DNA of 9,584 nucleotides from a virus: UHGV virus genome UHGV-0197445; one strand, 5' to 3'. Shown piece by piece: positions 5,733 to 9,584 of this stretch (position 1 is its first letter; each line of letters starts with the position of its first letter). The notes under the pieces were generated by a model. It saw only the letters and a program-made list of their open reading frames with translations, ran no database searches and was not told where the DNA came from. The position numbers and the translations under genes were made by a program.

Positions 5733-7445
5733 TTAGGCACTCAGAATAATACGGAGCGCAACAAATCCCCATATAATCAGAAATATGGTTTCTACGGCGC
5801 TTCTGTTCTGCTCAATTAACGGACAATGGGAGTCAATTCTGTACTGGTGATTAAACACGCTGAATTCAACAACGGGGCAGGATGCTGAACGAGAGCCGAT
5901 GTTAAATTCGTTTGTAAAAGGCAACAAGTTAATAATTGGCGTTAAAATATCTCTTGCCGTTGGCGTTTCTTCAAGCTCAGGCTCTTTTACACCGGGATCT
6001 TCTCCCAAATCTATATTGCCATTATTTCCAGTGTCAGACCCTGAGTTGTTATTAATGGTAATATCAATATTGACGTCAGCCCCCGCACTGTCAGATACAG
6101 GTGAAAGCATATCTAATAACGTTGGAGATAGCCTAAGTTCCGACATCGCAGAAGTTACTTCAGCCGGTGAAACCTCTTTAAACGGTAAGCCGTTATAATC
6201 GGCATTAACGGCAGCTTCAGACCACAGCTCGTTAATCATGTCGGCAAGAAGTGCTGGCGATACACTAACACTATCAAGATACTCCAGATAATCAATCATG
6301 GACTCAATATTTCCGGCCTCCAGTACTTCCGTCATGGCTTTATATTTGGTATTGGTCCAGATAGTAAGCTCACTCTTTTCATCAATATCTTTTGCGGTGT
6401 AATCCTCTTTTTCAGGAACGGCGCAAATCGTCGAATATCCACCATTTGACTGATTAGTCGTTTTACAAGGCGTGTTGTGATACTGATATTGCTTGCCTGC
6501 TGTTAAATAAGCAACGCTGTAATACATGGGAAGCCCTGCTACATTTTCATACATGGGAATACCTGCGGGAAATGAAGATGCGGCCGGGTTGCTATACAAG
6601 TGTGTAATCTCAGGTATTTCATAAAATGAGGAAGGATAAGTAAACTTATAATTCTGTTCAGTAAAGGATACATCTCCATTACTGTTGACAACTTTATTCG
6701 TCACAGTGCGTACAAAATTCGTTAGTGTTTCAGTATAAGTACGCGAGTTATAGTCATTAAGATAATTTCTGGCAATTTCAGTTGGATTATCACCATAGTA
6801 ATAAATTAGCTCTTTCGAATCCTGATAATAATAAAGCGCATTATCTGGCGTGGAATATCCTGTTTCAACACCTACAACTGGAGAACCCGCATCCACATTA
6901 TTACGACTAACATGAAGGATTACCGGACTTAATTCCTGTGGTTCAAAATTAACGGTTATCGTCTTACTTTCACCACTTTGACCACTGTACGTTACTTCAT
7001 ATAAATTATCGGAAATCTTTTTACCGTTAGTCATTACCATTACCGAGCCGTCAGATGAACTCAAAGAAGACGGAACAAAAGATGATACAGCAGCAGCAAT
7101 ACCCGCCCACGTTGCAACACCGCTCATTTTGTATGATGAGGCAGCAGGCAAGTATTCGGCAGCATTAGCCGCAGCGCGGCCAACAAAAACACGGGTTGCT
7201 GTAAGCTGTGATGCCGTATAAATCGCATCATTGGCAGCAAAGCGACGAACAAGCACCCGGCCAACGACTTTAGGAATAACAGCCCGCGCAGCCACTGCTG
7301 CAATTGCTGGTACAAATGAATATGAATATCGGGGAAAGGAAACCCAGAGAAAGGAAAAAATAAAGGAATAAACCGTCAGCCTCTTAGCCCAAGAATAACG
7401 ACATAAGCTGAGACGATCCCCCATAAAAGGGAACCCAATTTCCAT
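5733..7445 (-). CDS. pIII-like minor coat / host-adsorption protein
   Basis: 570-aa ORF in the gIII position after the major coat gene. It has Gly/Ser/Asn-rich linker segments (NNNSGSDTGNNGNIDLGEDPG) and a C-terminal hydrophobic anchor (ETIFLIIWGFVALRIILSA). GGAG lies 8 nt upstream of the ATG at 7445. The N-terminal region is unusually long and hydrophobic, so the exact start or signal peptide is uncertain. Confidence 0.6.
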   Translation of the reverse strand: MEIGFPFMGDRLSLCRYSWAKRLTVYSFIFSFLWVSFPRYSYSFVPAIAAVAARAVIPKVVGRVLVRRFAANDAIYTASQLTATRVFVGRAAANAAEYLPAASSYKMSGVATWAGIAAAVSSFVPSSLSSSDGSVMVMTNGKKISDNLYEVTYSGQSGESKTITVNFEPQELSPVILHVSRNNVDAGSPVVGVETGYSTPDNALYYYQDSKELIYYYGDNPTEIARNYLNDYNSRTYTETLTNFVRTVTNKVVNSNGDVSFTEQNYKFTYPSSFYEIPEITHLYSNPAASSFPAGIPMYENVAGLPMYYSVAYLTAGKQYQYHNTPCKTTNQSNGGYSTICAVPEKEDYTAKDIDEKSELTIWTNTKYKAMTEVLEAGNIESMIDYLEYLDSVSVSPALLADMINELWSEAAVNADYNGLPFKEVSPAEVTSAMSELRLSPTLLDMLSPVSDSAGADVNIDITINNNSGSDTGNNGNIDLGEDPGVKEPELEETPTARDILTPIINLLPFTNEFNIGSRSASCPVVEFSVFNHQYRIDSHCPLIEQNRSAVETIFLIIWGFVALRIILSA

Positions 7446-7467
7446 AATTCAATCTCCATAATAACCT

Positions 7468-7496
7468 CAAGTAAAACGGGCGATATTGCATCGCCC
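7468..7496 (-). terminator. Rho-independent terminator downstream of the major coat protein gene
   Basis: On the minus strand: stem GGGCGAT / ATCGCCC (7478-7484 / 7490-7496) with a 5-nt loop, followed by GTTTTACTTG (7468-7477). It lies 14 nt after the coat stop codon. Ff phages have a terminator at the equivalent place after gene VIII. Confidence 0.5.
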
Positions 7497-7509
7497 ATGA
7501 ATAATGAAT

Positions 7510-7743
7510 TTATGCGGATTTAACGGTACGCAATACCCAGCGAACGCCAGCGACACCGGCATAAAGTGTTACCAGTGAAGCAGCAACGGCCATAATCGCA
7601 ACCAGAACTGTACTGAAATCAATGCTGTTCGTCAGCGGCGATAAATCAACACCACTTGATGCCGCTCCTTCTGCAGCGAAAGTCGCGCCAGAAACAGCCA
7701 TTAATGCAGGTACAGCCAGAAAACTAACGATTTTTTTAAACAT
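7510..7743 (-). CDS. Major coat protein (pVIII-like)
   Basis: 77-aa ORF with signal peptide MFKKIVSFLAVPALMAVSGATFA. The predicted mature protein starts AEG..., with an acidic/polar N-terminus, a hydrophobic core (VLVAIMAVAASLVTLYAGVAGV) and a basic C-terminus (RWVLRTVKSA). This is the canonical inovirus coat layout. GGAG lies 8 nt upstream of the ATG. Confidence 0.8.
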   Translation of the reverse strand: MFKKIVSFLAVPALMAVSGATFAAEGAASSGVDLSPLTNSIDFSTVLVAIMAVAASLVTLYAGVAGVRWVLRTVKSA

Positions 7744-7777
7744 AACTCTATCTCCATTACATTTTAAAGGTTCGCAT

Positions 7778-8029
7778 TCAAGCAGTACGAACCATCTTTA
7801 TTACCTGTCCCACACCTACAGAAAAAAGCCAGAGCAGCAGGACAGAGCCAAAACCTAATGTCCAGTAATTTCCCATTGCAGAATAATCAATTTGATGAAA
7901 TGGTTCAGAACGTACCATTATTGCCTGACATTCTTTTGCATTGTTCGCATTACATAAATAACCTTCAATACGGTAACCATTTTCAGGAATATGATTATCA
8001 AACTGAATATCGAAACCTGATGTATCCAT
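7778..8029 (-). CDS. Small membrane protein, possible minor virion or assembly protein
   Basis: 83-aa ORF between the putative ssDNA-binding gene and the coat gene, with a C-terminal TM segment (WTLGFGSVLLLWLFSVGVGQVI). Its start is tightly coupled to the upstream gene (TGATTATG). Function unknown. Confidence 0.4.
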   Translation of the reverse strand: MDTSGFDIQFDNHIPENGYRIEGYLCNANNAKECQAIMVRSEPFHQIDYSAMGNYWTLGFGSVLLLWLFSVGVGQVIKMVRTA

Positions 8030-8031
8030 AA

Positions 8032-8349
8032 TCAGCCTTTTATTTCAGTAATGCCGCCATCTGATGAAATGTTATAAGTTACTCCTTCCCTCCCCTCCAT
8101 TGACCAGACGCGAACATATACAGGTATCTGGACTAACTTACCGATAAAATTATTTGCCTGATTCATTACACCGGCATTAACAAGAGCCTGAGATACACGA
8201 ATAATAATCTGGTCTTGCTTAGTGCCACCAAAACCATCAGGAATCTCTAAGCCAACACCAATTTCATTATAGTATCCCTGACCATTGACCTTATTACGCT
8301 GGCGAGCACCAAGCATTTTACCTTTTACAAAAAGACCATAATTAGACAT
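8032..8349 (-). CDS. Putative ssDNA-binding protein (pV/RstB-like), assigned mainly by position
   Basis: 105-aa soluble Gly- and aromatic-containing ORF immediately downstream of Rep. Very strong SD: AGGAGAG then a 7-nt spacer. Only the rep stop codon and this SD separate the two genes. Assignment rests on synteny and size, not on a recognised motif. Confidence 0.5.
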   Translation of the reverse strand: MSNYGLFVKGKMLGARQRNKVNGQGYYNEIGVGLEIPDGFGGTKQDQIIIRVSQALVNAGVMNQANNFIGKLVQIPVYVRVWSMEGREGVTYNISSDGGITEIKG

Positions 8350-8360
8350 ATCACTCTCCT

Positions 8361-9413
8361 TTAATGCCAGTTACTGGCATGTGAAATACGGTTATAATCG
8401 AAAATTAAACCTTTCTCATAAACCCATGATGGAATTTTGGCTGGTTTGGCTTCAAGAGTACGAACCAACGGAACAACGTTATTAGAATCCGGTGACTCAC
8501 AATAAAAGTTAATATCTATTCCGAAAGAAAGTAATTCTTTACGGTGTCGGTAGAATGTAGGTTTCGGTAACATCTCTTTCATGTTCGCGCCCTGCTTCCA
8601 CAATAAATATGTAGACTGTATTTTTCTTGGGAGATTAATTATTTTTTCATCAGTTAATATGGTATTTTGATTCATTTCTATTCTCCCTACATAGTCAGAG
8701 AATAATTTATTGGGCGTCTCAATATTCCAGCTATTACCAAGCGTAAGATTCAAATCAATTAATTCAGTTGTTCTTAATGTTAATTCAATGCGTAATTTAT
8801 CTTTTGACCAGTCCAGTAAACCAGCTTTAACGAATTCGTCTGCCATCTGGTGCCCTTTTTTGCCAGATGTATGCTCATCATATTTTGAATAAAATTTCAG
8901 GCTCCAACGACGGGAGTTTTTCCCTAAGTAAACAGTGCCACCTTTACCACAGGCGCGACCGTGGCGAGTTTTAGCTTTAAATTCTGCGGCATATAACCAT
9001 GCGCGGACATTTTCTAATGTTGACAATGAATACATGTAATTGATATCGATGCGCGAGATCTTAAATTGCCCTTCCATGACCTGCCGATAGGATGGTAGAT
9101 CATGAGGAATATGCAGTAATGCCAATATTCTGGCGTAAGCTGTTAACACCAACCCTTGCAAATCGTCGGAACCGATAACAGAGTGACCTTGCAAAAACTT
9201 TGATGGATTACCGTCAATGTAGAGATGTGTTGCCCGACCTTCACCATCAGATCCAACAGACCTTACTTTCATTGTGGACTCATGCGAACCGCGAACTGTC
9301 AACCGTTTTACTGTTTCCCACTCCACTGCACCGTCAGCATCGACGCTGACGACACTACCAGCCGGTAACGGTCGGTGTGTGCAAGGCAGGATTCCGGTAA
9401 ACCAGTCGATCAT
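8361..9413 (-). CDS. Rolling-circle replication initiation protein (pII/RstA-like)
   Basis: 350-aa ORF, first gene of the phage operon, about RstA size. It contains Tyr-rich segments (KFYSKYDE; GTVYLGKNSRRWSLKFY) compatible with a rolling-circle nicking-joining active site. Followed by ssb, coat, pIII, pVI, pI and pIV in canonical order. Confidence 0.7.
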   Translation of the reverse strand: MIDWFTGILPCTHRPLPAGSVVSVDADGAVEWETVKRLTVRGSHESTMKVRSVGSDGEGRATHLYIDGNPSKFLQGHSVIGSDDLQGLVLTAYARILALLHIPHDLPSYRQVMEGQFKISRIDINYMYSLSTLENVRAWLYAAEFKAKTRHGRACGKGGTVYLGKNSRRWSLKFYSKYDEHTSGKKGHQMADEFVKAGLLDWSKDKLRIELTLRTTELIDLNLTLGNSWNIETPNKLFSDYVGRIEMNQNTILTDEKIINLPRKIQSTYLLWKQGANMKEMLPKPTFYRHRKELLSFGIDINFYCESPDSNNVVPLVRTLEAKPAKIPSWVYEKGLIFDYNRISHASNWH

Positions 9414-9439
9414 AAGTAGTCACACCCATCAAAATATGT

Positions 9440-9540
9440 GTCAATAGTCATTTGTGAGCAGATTGAATGGTCACAATGTAATATGCTCAGATCTGACAGT
9501 CAATACATTTGCAATGTTTAAATTGTCAGAAATGAGCATC
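9440..9540. promoter_or_regulatory. Operator-like repeats in the rep/repressor intergenic region
   Basis: Direct repeats GTCAATAGTCATTTG (9440-9454) and GTCAATACATTTG (9499-9511). Perfect 10-bp palindrome TCAGATCTGA (9487-9496). Inverted 7-mers ATGCTCA (9483-9489) / TGAGCAT (9533-9539). These overlap the candidate rep promoter. Confidence 0.3.
9475..9503 (-). promoter_or_regulatory. Candidate sigma70 promoter for the rep operon
   Basis: On the minus strand: TTGACT (9503-9498), a 17-bp spacer, then TACATT (9480-9475), about 60 nt upstream of the rep ATG. The spacer contains the 10-bp palindrome TCAGATCTGA (9487-9496). Confidence 0.35.
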
Positions 9541-9584
9541 AAATCTAACTATTGAAAAACCACTGTTAAGATGGAGCCAAGTAG

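Noticed and set aside
5404-6198. Plus-strand ORFs (110 and 99 aa) antisense to the pVI-like and pIII-like genes
   Set aside because: They are antisense to syntenic phage genes that have SD sites. No start signals of their own.
7124-7315. 63-aa minus-strand ORF in an alternate frame within the pIII-like gene
   Set aside because: It is fully embedded out of frame in a longer, syntenic ORF. The Leu/Gln-rich composition is typical of an off-frame read.
7622-7858. 78-aa plus-strand ORF overlapping the coat gene and the 83-aa ORF
   Set aside because: It is antisense to the major coat gene, which has a canonical signal peptide and SD.
8710-8892. 60-aa plus-strand ORF inside the rep gene
   Set aside because: Antisense to the Rep CDS; no support.
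1-9584. Single-copy prophage with a host-phage junction inside this window
   Set aside because: The two dif-like sites are adjacent and the sequence left of the XerC arm at 2278-2288 carries the phage-type 11-nt central region, not a host dif central region plus XerD arm. No second dif-like site and no recognisable host housekeeping gene were found. A junction may still lie outside the window.
1-9584. CRISPR arrays, tRNA or rRNA genes, transposases or IS elements
   Set aside because: No regularly spaced direct repeats, no cloverleaf-like or rRNA-like segments, and no transposase-like ORFs were seen on either strand.

Overview
The window reads as a near-complete integrative filamentous phage (inovirus, Ff/CTX-like) genome. 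On the minus strand, 3160-9413 carries a colinear replication and morphogenesis module: rolling-circle Rep, a putative ssDNA-binding protein, a small membrane protein, the major coat protein, a pIII-like adsorption protein, a pVI-like protein, a Zot/pI assembly ATPase and a pIV secretin. Tight or overlapping gene junctions and Shine-Dalgarno sites support these calls. On the plus strand, 1-2197 carries a divergent module: an XRE-type HTH regulator (likely repressor), a 4-TM membrane protein and a markedly AT-rich 358-aa two-TM protein of unknown function. Between the two blocks (about 2193-2291) lie two inverted dif-like XerC/XerD sites around a perfect 10-bp GC stem, resembling the folded single-strand attP of CTX-type phages. 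The window may be a circular permutation of the whole replicon, since position 1 is an ATG preceded across the end/start junction by GGAG and an in-frame stop. The best candidates for undescribed biology are the AT-rich cargo gene in the repressor operon and the two small ORFs between the secretin gene and attP. No rRNA, tRNA, CRISPR array or transposase was seen. All functional calls are by eye from the translations; no database search was run.
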